A DNA stretch of 45,410 nt from positions 1 to 45,410 of the forward strand of contig CAZGAS010000003.1 in assembly GCA_964523875.1 (NCBI GenBank), read 5' to 3'. The notes below the pieces were generated by a model. It worked only from the letters and a program-made list of their open reading frames with translations, was not told the origin of the DNA and ran no database searches. Source of the stretch: an uncultured Planctomycetia bacterium (GTDB lineage Bacteria; Omnitrophota; Gorgyraeia; JABMRG01). The position numbers were made by a program, and so were the translations under genes. Below, piece by piece: positions 9,686 through 18,520 of the stretch. The first letter of the stretch is position 1, and the number at the start of each line of letters is the position of its first letter.

Positions 9686-10456
9686 ATGAAAAACATAAAG
9701 ATTGAGATAGAATACGACGGAACCAATTATCATGGTTGGCAGATTCAACATAGAAAATCTGAGAGTATCAGAACAGAGAAGACGATACAGGGTGTAATTG
9801 AAAGAGTCTTAAGCGGTATATTACAGGAAGAGATAAAGGTAAGTGGTTCAGGTAGGACTGATAGTGGCGTTCATGCCGTAGGACAGGTTGCGAATTTCAA
9901 GACAAAATCTAAGATGCCCATGGCTGTTATGCAAAGGGCGCTTAACTCACTCCTGCCAAAAGATATAGTTATTGTTGATATCGAGGAAGCGAATTTAAAT
10001 TTTCATGCCCGGTTTGACGCCCTTTCAAAGACCTACCGTTACCAGATACTTAATCGCGCTTATTCTACGTCATTTGATAGGTTATACCAGCTTCACGTCT
10101 CTTATAAGCTTGACGCGAAACTTATGGCCCGCGAAGCACGCGCGTTAATAGGCAGAAAAGATTTTAAATCTTTCCAGGCGGCAGATAAGAAAGAACGCAA
10201 CTCTATAAGAAATATCAAGAGGTTATCTGTGTGCAAAGACGGCACGATAATAAATATTGATATAGAGGCTAATGGTTTTTTGTATAATATGATACGCAAT
10301 ATTGTTGGCACGCTTATTGGGATAGGCAGGGGAAAACTCCCCCCTGGAAGCATGCGGAAGATATTATTGGCAAAGGACAGGGCCAAGGCAGGCTCAACAG
10401 CTCCGGCTAAGGGTCTTTCACTTATGCGTGTAAAGTACAGAAGCATTAAGCATTAA
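9686..10456 (+). CDS. truA: tRNA pseudouridine(38-40) synthase
   Basis: YDGTNYHGWQ, GRTDSGVHA catalytic Asp, FHARF, GFLYNMIRNIVG. Confidence 0.96.
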   Translation: MKNIKIEIEYDGTNYHGWQIQHRKSESIRTEKTIQGVIERVLSGILQEEIKVSGSGRTDSGVHAVGQVANFKTKSKMPMAVMQRALNSLLPKDIVIVDIEEANLNFHARFDALSKTYRYQILNRAYSTSFDRLYQLHVSYKLDAKLMAREARALIGRKDFKSFQAADKKERNSIRNIKRLSVCKDGTIINIDIEANGFLYNMIRNIVGTLIGIGRGKLPPGSMRKILLAKDRAKAGSTAPAKGLSLMRVKYRSIKH

Positions 10457-10620
10457 GTTTCTTTCCTGGGGCTTTATTATTGCCCTTGGCGTATTTTGTT
10501 ACAACAGGATATTTAGGCAATAAGAGCGTTAGTTGAGGAATTCGATATTTACTAGGGTCCTTTAGATGATCCCGATTGGTTGCATCTTCAGGTCGCTTTG
10601 CTCGGGTACAGGGTTAATTC

Positions 10621-10667
10621 GCACTTATGAGTTATGTCGTTTTTGCAAAACTCCATAACTCATGTGC
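10621..10667. repeat. Long imperfect palindrome (REP-like or terminator-like)
   Basis: GCAC-tt-ATGAGTTATG-tc-GTTTT-tgc-AAAAC-tc-CATAACTCAT-GTGC. Confidence 0.7.
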
Positions 10668-10682
10668 TCATTAAAAAAGCAC

Positions 10683-10712
10683 TTGACAACCTGCGGGTAT
10701 TTGTGCTAAAAT
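10683..10712 (+). promoter_or_regulatory. Sigma70 promoter of rplM-rpsI
   Basis: TTGACA, 18-nt spacer, TAAAAT with extended -10 TG; SD AAGGAG before GTG 10740. Confidence 0.75.
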
Positions 10713-10739
10713 TCACGTTCTTTAAGGAGAAATATTATT

Positions 10740-11168
10740 GTGAAGACATATATGGCGAATAATAAGGATATAAACCAGAAATGGTTCTTAGTTGATGCCA
10801 AAGACAGGGTTCTTGGAAGGCTCGCGACTCGTATAGCTATTCTTCTGCGCGGAAAACACAAACCAGAGTATACCCCGCACGTAGATTGCGGTGATGGAGT
10901 TATTGTTATAAACGCAAGCAAGATAAGGGTTACCGGCAAGAAGATGCAGGATAAAGAGTATGTTACATATTCAGGATATCCTGGAGGCCGCCGTGTAAAG
11001 ACTATGGATTATATGATGAAGCGTTATCCTGATAAGGTAATAAGACAGGCAGTTAAAAGAATGATACCCGACACATCCCTGGGAAGGCAGATGTTAAAGA
11101 AATTGAAGGTATATGCTGACGCGGAGCATTCACATAAGGCACAGAAACCACAGGAACTAAACGTATAA
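10740..11168 (+). CDS. rplM: 50S ribosomal protein L13
   Basis: WFLVDA..VLGRLA, LRGKHKPEYTPHVDCGD, SGYPGG; GTG start. Confidence 0.98.
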   Translation: MKTYMANNKDINQKWFLVDAKDRVLGRLATRIAILLRGKHKPEYTPHVDCGDGVIVINASKIRVTGKKMQDKEYVTYSGYPGGRRVKTMDYMMKRYPDKVIRQAVKRMIPDTSLGRQMLKKLKVYADAEHSHKAQKPQELNV

Positions 11169-11187
11169 TCAGAGGGGAATAAATTAG

Positions 11188-11583
11188 ATGGTAGATGAGG
11201 CTATATATAAGGCAACAGGCCGCCGTAAAGAGGCAGCAGCTCGTGTGGTAATGAAACCGGGGAGTGGTACCTTTACGGTTAATAAAAGATCTTTAGAGGA
11301 TTACTTTCCAAGAGAGACACTAAGGATGATTATACAGCAGCCGTTCGAGGTTTGTGAGCTTGTTGGAAAATATGATATAAGTGTATTAGTTAACGGTGGC
11401 GGCACATCCGCGCAGGCGGGCGCTGTTCGTCATGGTATTTCAAGGGCACTTGTTGAACTTGATGAGAACCTTAAATCCAAACTCAAGAAGGCAGGTTTTA
11501 TGACAAGGGACCCCCGCATGAAAGAGCGTAAAAAGTATGGCCAGAAAGGTGCCAGGAGGAGGTTCCAGTTCTCTAAGCGTTAA
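11188..11583 (+). CDS. rpsI: 30S ribosomal protein S9
   Basis: [43 protein letters not shown]. Confidence 0.98.
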   Translation: MVDEAIYKATGRRKEAAARVVMKPGSGTFTVNKRSLEDYFPRETLRMIIQQPFEVCELVGKYDISVLVNGGGTSAQAGAVRHGISRALVELDENLKSKLKKAGFMTRDPRMKERKKYGQKGARRRFQFSKR

Positions 11584-11600
11584 TATAATTTATTGGATTT

Positions 11601-11669
11601 TTTTTGGTGCTCGGTTTTAGGTTATTGGTTATTGCCGAAAACCAGATAACGAAAACCGAATACCGAAAT
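11601..11669. repeat. Inverted pair of heptamer arrays (TTWTYGG / CCGAAWA)
   Basis: TTTTTGG TGCTCGG TTTTAGG TTATTGG TTATTG followed by CCGAAAA CCAGATA ACGAAAA CCGAATA CCGAAAT. Confidence 0.8.
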
Positions 11670-11680
11670 TAGCGCGAAGT

Positions 11681-11714
11681 GCCTATTTTATCGATTGACA
11701 AGATAGGCTTTTTT
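11681..11714 (+). terminator. Intrinsic terminator of rplM-rpsI
   Basis: Imperfect stem GCCTATTTTATC/GACAAGATAGGC (one G-U pair, one mismatch) followed by TTTTTT. Confidence 0.75.
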
Positions 11715-11724
11715 GTTTTATAAT
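11695..11724 (+). promoter_or_regulatory. Sigma70 promoter of the arg/lys/pan/nad cluster
   Basis: Consensus TTGACA (11695-11700), 18-nt spacer, TATAAT (11719-11724). Confidence 0.75.
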
Positions 11725-11764
11725 TATAAAACTATATACTATAAATAAGTACTGGGAGTCAGAT

Positions 11765-12790
11765 ATGATAAATATAGCGGTCTGTGGAGCAACCGGTTAT
11801 ACGGGTTATGAGATAATCAAGATATTGTTAAGGCACCCAAAGGCGCATATCAAGGTCCTGACAGCAAAGCTTGATAAGCCTACGAAGATATCAGAGGAAT
11901 TTCCCGAGCTTAAGGGTAAGATCGACCTTGCATGCGAAGAGCTTGTAGTCAATCATGTCCTTAAGAAGAAGGTAGATCTTGTCTTTTTAGCGCTTCCCCA
12001 TAGAGTATCTATGGAATACGCGTCCAGATTTATTGATAAAGGTAAGATAGTTATTGATTTGAGCGCGGATTTTAGAATCAAAGATGTGAAAGTCTATGAA
12101 AAGTATTATGGGCAGAAGCATATATATAAGGATTATATAACTCGGTGTGTTTATGGACTCCCGGAATTATATAAGAATCGCATACAGAGAACAAGGTTTG
12201 TGGCGAACCCGGGATGTTATCCAACAGGTTCTATACTCGCCGTAGCTCCGTTAATTGCGAAAAAGATAGCGGCTAAGGATACTATTATTCTGGACGCGAA
12301 AAGTGGAGCAACCGGTGCCGGCAGAAAAGCGGCGCTTGGACTTATCTTCGGAGAGGTCGCGGAGAACCTTATGGCGTATAAGGTGGGTGTCCATCAACAC
12401 TCGCCGGAGATAACACAGGAGCTTAGCACCTTAGCGGGCAAAGAGGTAGATATACTCTTTACGCCGCATCTGGTGCCTATCAGAAGGGGGATATTAACGA
12501 CAGCGTATGTCTCATTGAATAAAAAGGCTGATCTTTCATCATTGCTTAGGCTCTATAGGTCATTTTATAAAAACGCGCCATTTGTTAAGATATATGATGA
12601 AGGCCTGCTCCCACAGATACACGATATAGTCAATACCAATTATTGCGGTATTGGCCTCGCGCTTTCTCTTGATAAGAAAAAAGTTATTATAGTCAGCGCT
12701 ATAGACAACCTCTTAAAAGGGGCGAGCGGACAGGCTGTGCAGAATATGAATCTTGCCTGCGGCTTTCCTGAAACAATGGGTTTGGAATAG
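11765..12790 (+). CDS. argC: N-acetyl-gamma-glutamyl-phosphate reductase
   Basis: GATGYTG, IDLSADFR, VANPGCYPT, HQHSPEI, DNLLKGASGQAVQNMN. Confidence 0.96.
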   Translation: MINIAVCGATGYTGYEIIKILLRHPKAHIKVLTAKLDKPTKISEEFPELKGKIDLACEELVVNHVLKKKVDLVFLALPHRVSMEYASRFIDKGKIVIDLSADFRIKDVKVYEKYYGQKHIYKDYITRCVYGLPELYKNRIQRTRFVANPGCYPTGSILAVAPLIAKKIAAKDTIILDAKSGATGAGRKAALGLIFGEVAENLMAYKVGVHQHSPEITQELSTLAGKEVDILFTPHLVPIRRGILTTAYVSLNKKADLSSLLRLYRSFYKNAPFVKIYDEGLLPQIHDIVNTNYCGIGLALSLDKKKVIIVSAIDNLLKGASGQAVQNMNLACGFPETMGLE

Positions 12791-13978
12791 ATGAAAAGTA
12801 TAAGAGGCGGTATTACAGCGCCGAGAGGTTTTTTTCAGGCAGGTATATATTGCGGAATAAAAAAGAAGGCCCTGGATCTCGCGCTTATTCTATCTGAAGT
12901 ACCGGCAGCGGCATGCGGCTTGTTTACATCGAATAGTTTTAAAGCAGCCCCTGTAGTGTTAAGCAAGAAGTACCTGGATAAGAAGAAGCACAGGGCTGTT
13001 ATTATAAATTCAGGAAACGCGAATTGTCTCACTGGTAAGCCTGGTATTGCTGACGCTATTGCAATTTCCGACCAGCTCAGTTCTTTGATAGGATGTAGCA
13101 AGGAAGAGGTCTTGGCCTGCTCAACAGGGATTATCGGAAAGAGGCTCCCAATCAGCAGGATTAAGAGATCTCTGCCAACACTTATATCTTCGCTCCATAG
13201 AGCGCCTTCTAAAAGCGCGGCACAGGCTATAATAACAACAGACACATTTTTAAAGGAGGCCGCGTATAGTGTACAGGTAGGCCAAAGCAGTATATGCCTG
13301 GCAGGTATTGCCAAAGGCGCCGGGATGATAGCGCCTAATATGGCTACAATGCTCGCGATTCTAACAACAGACGCCAGGTTAGAAAAAAGAGTACTCAGGA
13401 AGGCCCTCAAGGAAGCTGTTGACGCGTCTTTTAATTCTATAACCATAGATGGAGATATGAGTACCAATGATACGGTTATTCTTCTGGCAAATGGTTTATC
13501 AGGAGTGGAGATATCCGAATCCAGCAGGACTTACAAAAAATTCGTAGAGGCGCTTAAAGCTCTATGCCTTGACCTGGCAAAGATGATTATAAGAGATGGA
13601 GAAGGCGCGACAAAGTTTATAGAAGTAGAGGTTGTTCACGCTAAAAACACCTGCCTGGCCAGGGAAATGGGCTTAAAGGTAGCGAATTCCCCCCTCTTTA
13701 AAACCATGTGTTATGGAAATAATCCAAACTTTGGAAGGATAGCTGCCGCGTGTGGGGCTATAAGCAGGCCTGTAGATCCGGCCAAGGTGGATATATATCT
13801 TAATGGAAGAAAAGCAGTGGATAAGGGTGTTGCTGTTACTGACAAGCTGCCAAGCGCTATCTTCAAGAGTAAAGAGATAAAGATTACTATTGACCTGAAT
13901 TCAGGCAAGGCGCGCGCAAAGCTATATACATCTGATCTTAGCCCCGAGTATATAAAGATTAACGCTGCCTATTGTTAA
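12791..13978 (+). CDS. argJ: Glutamate N-acetyltransferase / ornithine acetyltransferase
   Basis: NSGNANC, STGIIG, KGAGMIAPNMATML autocleavage site, DMSTND, DGEGATK. Confidence 0.96.
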   Translation: MKSIRGGITAPRGFFQAGIYCGIKKKALDLALILSEVPAAACGLFTSNSFKAAPVVLSKKYLDKKKHRAVIINSGNANCLTGKPGIADAIAISDQLSSLIGCSKEEVLACSTGIIGKRLPISRIKRSLPTLISSLHRAPSKSAAQAIITTDTFLKEAAYSVQVGQSSICLAGIAKGAGMIAPNMATMLAILTTDARLEKRVLRKALKEAVDASFNSITIDGDMSTNDTVILLANGLSGVEISESSRTYKKFVEALKALCLDLAKMIIRDGEGATKFIEVEVVHAKNTCLAREMGLKVANSPLFKTMCYGNNPNFGRIAAACGAISRPVDPAKVDIYLNGRKAVDKGVAVTDKLPSAIFKSKEIKITIDLNSGKARAKLYTSDLSPEYIKINAAYC

Positions 13979-13980
13979 TT

Positions 13981-14136
13981 GTCACGCGTTATGCGCCTGC
14001 CTGCTGGTAGGCAGGTATCGCGTAAAATATTTAAACGCACAACCCCGTAAAGCTCCTTCGGAGCAACGGGGCAGGCGCACAACCCCGTAAAGCTCCTTCG
14101 GAGCAACGGGGCAGGCGCACAACGCAATACGAGATA
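13981..14136. repeat. Inverted heptamer arrays interrupted by three GGCAGG-ended hairpins, including an exact 40-bp tandem duplication
   Basis: GTCACGC GTTATGC G[CCTGCCTGCTGGTAGGCAGG]TATCGC ... (CGCACAA-CCCCGTAAAGCTCCTTCGGAGCAACGGGGCAGG)x2 at 14036-14115, then CGCACAA CGCAATA CGAGATA. Confidence 0.9.
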
Positions 14137-14975
14137 TGAGAGAGCAGATACTAAAAGATTCGCAAAAATATATAGAGCAGTTTAAGGAAAAGGTCTTTGT
14201 TATCAAGTATGGCGGTAGCATGTTGGATGATAAGGTGCTTTCGGATTCCGTTCTTGATGATATAACATCTTTTCATAATTACGCGATAAAGATAGTCTTT
14301 GTTCATGGAGGTGGCGGCGCGATAAGCAGATTAATGCAGCAGAAAGGTAAAGAGTCCAGATTTGTTGATGGTTTAAGAATTACTGATAGAGAGACAGTAA
14401 AGATAGTAGATGAAGCGCTTACATCTGTTAATGAGGGTTTTGTCCAGAGGATAGGCTCAAGGGGAGTTCTGGCGGAGCCCATATTAAGCAGCAGGAGCCT
14501 TACGATAAAGGCAAAGAAGAGGCCAGGTACTATCTCTGAAGATTTTTTAGGAGATATAGATTCAATAGCCACTAGTTATATAGAGGATGCGTTATCAAGG
14601 AAGGCTATTCCTGTTATATCGCCTGTCGCACAAGGCAGTGATAATATGCCTTATAATATAAATGCTGATATCGCGGCAGCAGCGATTGCCTCAAAGCTAT
14701 GCGCGGAAAAATTGATATTATTAACAAATGTGAAAGGCGTTATGAGGGATAAGCTTGATGAAGGCAGCCTTATTTCACATATTAGTGAAGTAGAAGCGCT
14801 TGAACTTATTCAGAACAATATTATAGAAGGCGGCATGATACCAAAGGTAAGAGCAGGTATAGACGCGTTGAATAAAGGTGTAAAAAAGGTTCATATAATA
14901 AGCGGAAAGATACCCCATTCACTCTTGTTAGAGGTCTTTACTAATGAAGGTATCGGAACTGAGATTGTGAGGTAG
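14136..14975 (+). CDS. argB: Acetylglutamate kinase
   Basis: VIKYGG, VHGGG, GLRITD, NINAD, GGMIPKV, HSLLLEVFT.EGIGT. Confidence 0.95.
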   Translation: MREQILKDSQKYIEQFKEKVFVIKYGGSMLDDKVLSDSVLDDITSFHNYAIKIVFVHGGGGAISRLMQQKGKESRFVDGLRITDRETVKIVDEALTSVNEGFVQRIGSRGVLAEPILSSRSLTIKAKKRPGTISEDFLGDIDSIATSYIEDALSRKAIPVISPVAQGSDNMPYNINADIAAAAIASKLCAEKLILLTNVKGVMRDKLDEGSLISHISEVEALELIQNNIIEGGMIPKVRAGIDALNKGVKKVHIISGKIPHSLLLEVFTNEGIGTEIVR

Positions 14976-14982
14976 TTTAATT

Positions 14983-16167
14983 ATGGAAAATACGCAGGAG
15001 ATAATCAATCTTTGTAATACATATGTATTGAATACCTATACAAGAACACCGATTGTTTTTGTAAAAGGTAAGGGGTCTTATCTATGGGACGAAGAAGGTA
15101 AGAGATACCTGGATTTTTTTCCGGGATGGGCTGTAAGCGGATTGGGCCATTGTCATAAAAGGGTTGTAAGCGCGGTTAGCAGGCAGCTAAAAGAGATTAT
15201 CCATGTATCGAATAACTATTATAGCAAGCCGCAGGCACAGCTTGCTGAAAGGCTTTCAAGCAGCTCTTTTGGCGGCAGGGTATTTTTCTGTAACAGCGGC
15301 GCTGAAGCAAATGAGGCAGCTATAAAGCTCGCGCGCGCCTATGGTGCCGCGGAGGGAAGATATAAGATAATAACCATGGAAAAGTCCTTCCACGGAAGGA
15401 CCTTGGCAACCCTTACCGCGACAGGGCAGGAAAAAGTAAAGAAAGGTTTTGCCCCATTACCGGAAGGATTTGTTCATGTGCCCTTTAATGATATTAACGC
15501 CCTCAAGGAAGCTATCGATGATATTACTGTCGCGGTCATGATAGAGCCTATTCAGGGTGAAGGCGGGATAAATATCGCTGATGATGACTATATCAGAGAG
15601 CTTCGGGTTCTTTGCAACGCGAAGGACCTCCTGCTTATTTTTGATGAAGTCCAGAGCGGTATGGGCAGGTCCGGTAAGCTTTTCGCGTACCAGCATTATA
15701 ATATTCTGCCTGATGCGATGACTCTCGCCAAGAGCTTAGGAGGGGGGCTTCCTATAGGCGCTATGGTGGTAGCTGATAAATTTGTTGACTGCTTAAAGCC
15801 AGGAATGCATGCCTCAACATTTGGAGGCAGCCCTATAGTCTCCGCTGCCGCGAACGCGGTGCTTGACGCGATTGAGAAAGATAGGCTTCTTGATAACGCT
15901 AATAAGATGGGTGAATACCTTTTTAAGCAGCTCAGCAGGCTAAAGAGGAGATATCCTAAGATAATAAATAATATAAGGCATAAGGCGCTTATGGTAGGTG
16001 TTGAGCTTAATATAGACGGCAACGCGATAGTAGAAAAGTGTGTTAATAAAAGATTGCTTATTAATTGTACTCAAGGCAATATTCTAAGAATTATGCCATC
16101 TATTACCGTAAACAAAGGTGAGATTAATAAGGCCATTAGGATCTTATCTGAGGTAATCGCGAAATGA
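14983..16167 (+). CDS. argD: Acetylornithine aminotransferase (class III PLP)
   Basis: NSGAEANEAAIK, SFHGRT, EPIQGEGG, DEVQSGMGR, AKSLGGG, STFGG. Confidence 0.92.
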   Translation: MENTQEIINLCNTYVLNTYTRTPIVFVKGKGSYLWDEEGKRYLDFFPGWAVSGLGHCHKRVVSAVSRQLKEIIHVSNNYYSKPQAQLAERLSSSSFGGRVFFCNSGAEANEAAIKLARAYGAAEGRYKIITMEKSFHGRTLATLTATGQEKVKKGFAPLPEGFVHVPFNDINALKEAIDDITVAVMIEPIQGEGGINIADDDYIRELRVLCNAKDLLLIFDEVQSGMGRSGKLFAYQHYNILPDAMTLAKSLGGGLPIGAMVVADKFVDCLKPGMHASTFGGSPIVSAAANAVLDAIEKDRLLDNANKMGEYLFKQLSRLKRRYPKIINNIRHKALMVGVELNIDGNAIVEKCVNKRLLINCTQGNILRIMPSITVNKGEINKAIRILSEVIAK

Positions 16168-17084
16168 AGAAAGATCTTATATCAATAAAAGACCTGTCAA
16201 TAGATGAGATTAATAATATTCTTGAGCTTGCTCAAGTGTTAAAATCAGACCCATCCGCTTATTATGAAAAATTAAACGGACAGTCTCTTGGTCTTATATT
16301 TCAGAAACCGTCTAACAGGACAAGGGTATCTTTTGATGTCGGCATGTATCAGCTAGGTGGACATACTGTTTATCTCGGGTCTGATGATATAAAACTTGGC
16401 GTAAGGGAGGCAACAAAGGATATCGCGCATACATTATCAAGATACCTTGATATTATTGTTGCCAGAACTTTTTTTCATAAGGAGGTGCTTGATCTTGCTG
16501 ATAATGCTACTATACCGGTCATAAATGGCTTAAGTGACCTGTTGCACCCGTGCCAGGGGTTAGCGGATCTCTTTACTATAAAAGAGAAATTTTCTAAACT
16601 GGATGGCCTCACATTAGCGTTTATTGGGGATGGGAATAATGTTCTCCACTCACTCTTATACGCTACCTCAAAAACAGGAATCAATATTAGGATAGCCTCA
16701 CCAAAAGGCTATGAGCCTGATAAGAATATACTTGCCCAGGCAAAAGAGATTGCTAAAGATGTTGGTTCAACTGTAGAGGTTGTTGACGGCAAAGATGAGG
16801 CAGCAACTGGCGCTGATATATTATACACAGATGTATGGGTATCGATGGGGCAGGAATCTGACAGGAAGAAAAGATTAGAGGATTTTCATGACTTTAGGCT
16901 TGATGCAGAGCTTCTTGCTAAGGCAAGGCCTGAGTCTGTTGTAATGCATTGCCTGCCTGCCCACAGGGGCGAAGAGGTAACAGGCGAGGTAATAGATGGG
17001 CCTCATTCTATAGTATTTGACCAGGCTGAAAACAGGCTCCATATCCAAAAAGCAATATTACTTAGATTACTAAAAAAGGATTAA
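16164..17084 (+). CDS. argF: Ornithine carbamoyltransferase
   Basis: KPSNRTR (STRTR variant), HPCQ, GDGNN, TDVWVSMG, HCLP, QAENR. Confidence 0.95.
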   Translation: MKKDLISIKDLSIDEINNILELAQVLKSDPSAYYEKLNGQSLGLIFQKPSNRTRVSFDVGMYQLGGHTVYLGSDDIKLGVREATKDIAHTLSRYLDIIVARTFFHKEVLDLADNATIPVINGLSDLLHPCQGLADLFTIKEKFSKLDGLTLAFIGDGNNVLHSLLYATSKTGINIRIASPKGYEPDKNILAQAKEIAKDVGSTVEVVDGKDEAATGADILYTDVWVSMGQESDRKKRLEDFHDFRLDAELLAKARPESVVMHCLPAHRGEEVTGEVIDGPHSIVFDQAENRLHIQKAILLRLLKKD

Positions 17085-17172
17085 GGATTAAGTTTTAAGT
17101 ATTAAGCTCTTAATCCTTAGAGCTCGCTTTGATGCAAATAGATGGCGAGCGTCTTAATTCTTAATACTAAAT
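17081..17172. repeat. Inverted heptamer arrays (TTAAGTA family) with an inserted GCTCGC hairpin
   Basis: TTAAGGA TTAAGTT TTAAGTA TTAAGC / TCTTAAT CCTTAGA [GCTCGC...GCGAGC G, 17122-17151] TCTTAAT TCTTAAT ACTAAAT. Confidence 0.85.
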
Positions 17173-17185
17173 AAGGGAGTTTTAG

Positions 17186-18361
17186 ATGACTAAAAAGATA
17201 GTATTAGCATATTCAGGAGGGCTTGATACCTCTGTCGCTATAAGGTGGCTTAAAGAAAAAGGCTTTGATGTTATAGCCTGCCTTGTGGATGTTGGGCAAA
17301 AGGCGGATTTTCAAAAAGCAAAGGTAAAAGCCAGAAAGATAGGGGCATCCAATGTATATGTTATTGATGCTAAGAATAATCTTATTAATGATTTTATCTT
17401 TCCCGCGTTGAAGGCAAATGCTGTATATGAGGGTAAGTATTTCTTAGCGACCGCGCTTTCAAGGCCATTAATAGCAAAGGTGCTGGCAGAGGTCGCGAAA
17501 AAAGAGAAGGCAAAGTTTGTCGGACATGGCTGTACAGGTAAGGGAAATGATCAGGTAAGGATAGAGGTCTCGCTTTCCGCGCTTGCGAAAGGGCTAAAGG
17601 TTATCGCCCCTGTAAGGGTCTGGGATTTCGCGTCAAGAGAAGCGCAGATAAGGTACGCTAAGACTCATAACATTTCGGTTACCGCGACAAAGAAGAGCCC
17701 GTATAGCTTTGATGAGAATCTATGGGGAATAAGTATAGAATGCGGCGTACTTGAGAATCCTGATACAGAACCGCCTGAAGATGCTTACCAGATAACAACA
17801 GACCCTGTTAAGGCTCCAAAGAAGCCTGTATATGTAACGATTGGTCTTGAAAAAGGAGAGCCTTATAGTATAAATGGCAAGAGGCTTACCCCCATCGCGC
17901 TTATAAACAGGCTGAATATTATAGGCGCTTTACATGGTATAGGCAGAAGTGATATGGTAGAGAATAGGCTTGTTGGCATAAAATCACGAGAGATATATGA
18001 AGCCCCGGCGGCATACATACTCCATACCGCGCATAAAGAGCTCGAGGCATTGGTTCTGGACAGGGAACTCCTGCATTTTAAGGATATAGTGGCTTTAAAA
18101 TATTCAGAGCTAATATATAATGGACTCTGGTACAGTAGGTTAAGAGAAGCGCTTGATAAGTTTATTGGAGACACACAAAAAAACGTTACTGGTGATGTCA
18201 GACTTAAATTGTACAAAGGTACGTGTAGTGTTGTAGGGCGAAGTTCAAAGTTTTCTCTTTACAATGAGAAGTTAGCGACATACACTGAAGAGGATAAGTT
18301 TGACCATACGGCAGCGGAAGGCTTTATAAAAGTCTGGGGCCTTCCTTACGAAAAACGGTAA
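17186..18361 (+). CDS. argG: Argininosuccinate synthase
   Basis: LAYSGGLDTS, HGCTGKGNDQVR, ENRLVGIKSREIYE. Confidence 0.97.
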   Translation: MTKKIVLAYSGGLDTSVAIRWLKEKGFDVIACLVDVGQKADFQKAKVKARKIGASNVYVIDAKNNLINDFIFPALKANAVYEGKYFLATALSRPLIAKVLAEVAKKEKAKFVGHGCTGKGNDQVRIEVSLSALAKGLKVIAPVRVWDFASREAQIRYAKTHNISVTATKKSPYSFDENLWGISIECGVLENPDTEPPEDAYQITTDPVKAPKKPVYVTIGLEKGEPYSINGKRLTPIALINRLNIIGALHGIGRSDMVENRLVGIKSREIYEAPAAYILHTAHKELEALVLDRELLHFKDIVALKYSELIYNGLWYSRLREALDKFIGDTQKNVTGDVRLKLYKGTCSVVGRSSKFSLYNEKLATYTEEDKFDHTAAEGFIKVWGLPYEKR

Positions 18362-18399
18362 TTAGAGCAATAGGCATTCTAAAATAGGTGAACATACCA

Positions 18400-18510
18400 G
18401 TATTGCGTATTGCGTGGTGCGTATCGCGCATAATGAAAATAATATATCTATTAATACAGCTCAAGGCAAATAACGCAATACGATATATACAATACGACAT
18501 ACAAAATACG
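18400..18510. repeat. Inverted heptamer arrays (GTATTGC / ACGCAAT) around a ~45-nt AT-rich spacer
   Basis: GTATTGC GTATTGC GTGGTGC GTATCGC (18400-18427) ... ACGCAAT ACGATAT ATACAAT ACGACAT ACAAAAT ACG (18473-18510). Confidence 0.85.
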
Positions 18511-18520
18511 GAGCATACTT

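Noticed and set aside
9746-9786. Short extra segment in TruA (HRKSESIRTEK) as a repeat-derived insertion
   Set aside because: Periodicity is too weak to support by eye, and this loop is naturally variable.
12835-13467. 210-aa antisense ORF within argJ, and the other short overlapping ORFs in the track
   Set aside because: They lie within well-supported genes, opposite strand or alternative frame, and have no motifs of their own.
14036-14122. 40-bp palindromic direct repeat as a CRISPR array
   Set aside because: Only two units, separated by an identical 7-mer rather than unique spacers; no cas genes in the window.
16305-16326. SNRTR in place of STRTR in ArgF as a sign of a different carbamoyltransferase
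   Set aside because: The ornithine-binding SMG and HCLP motifs are intact and the gene lies within the arg cluster.
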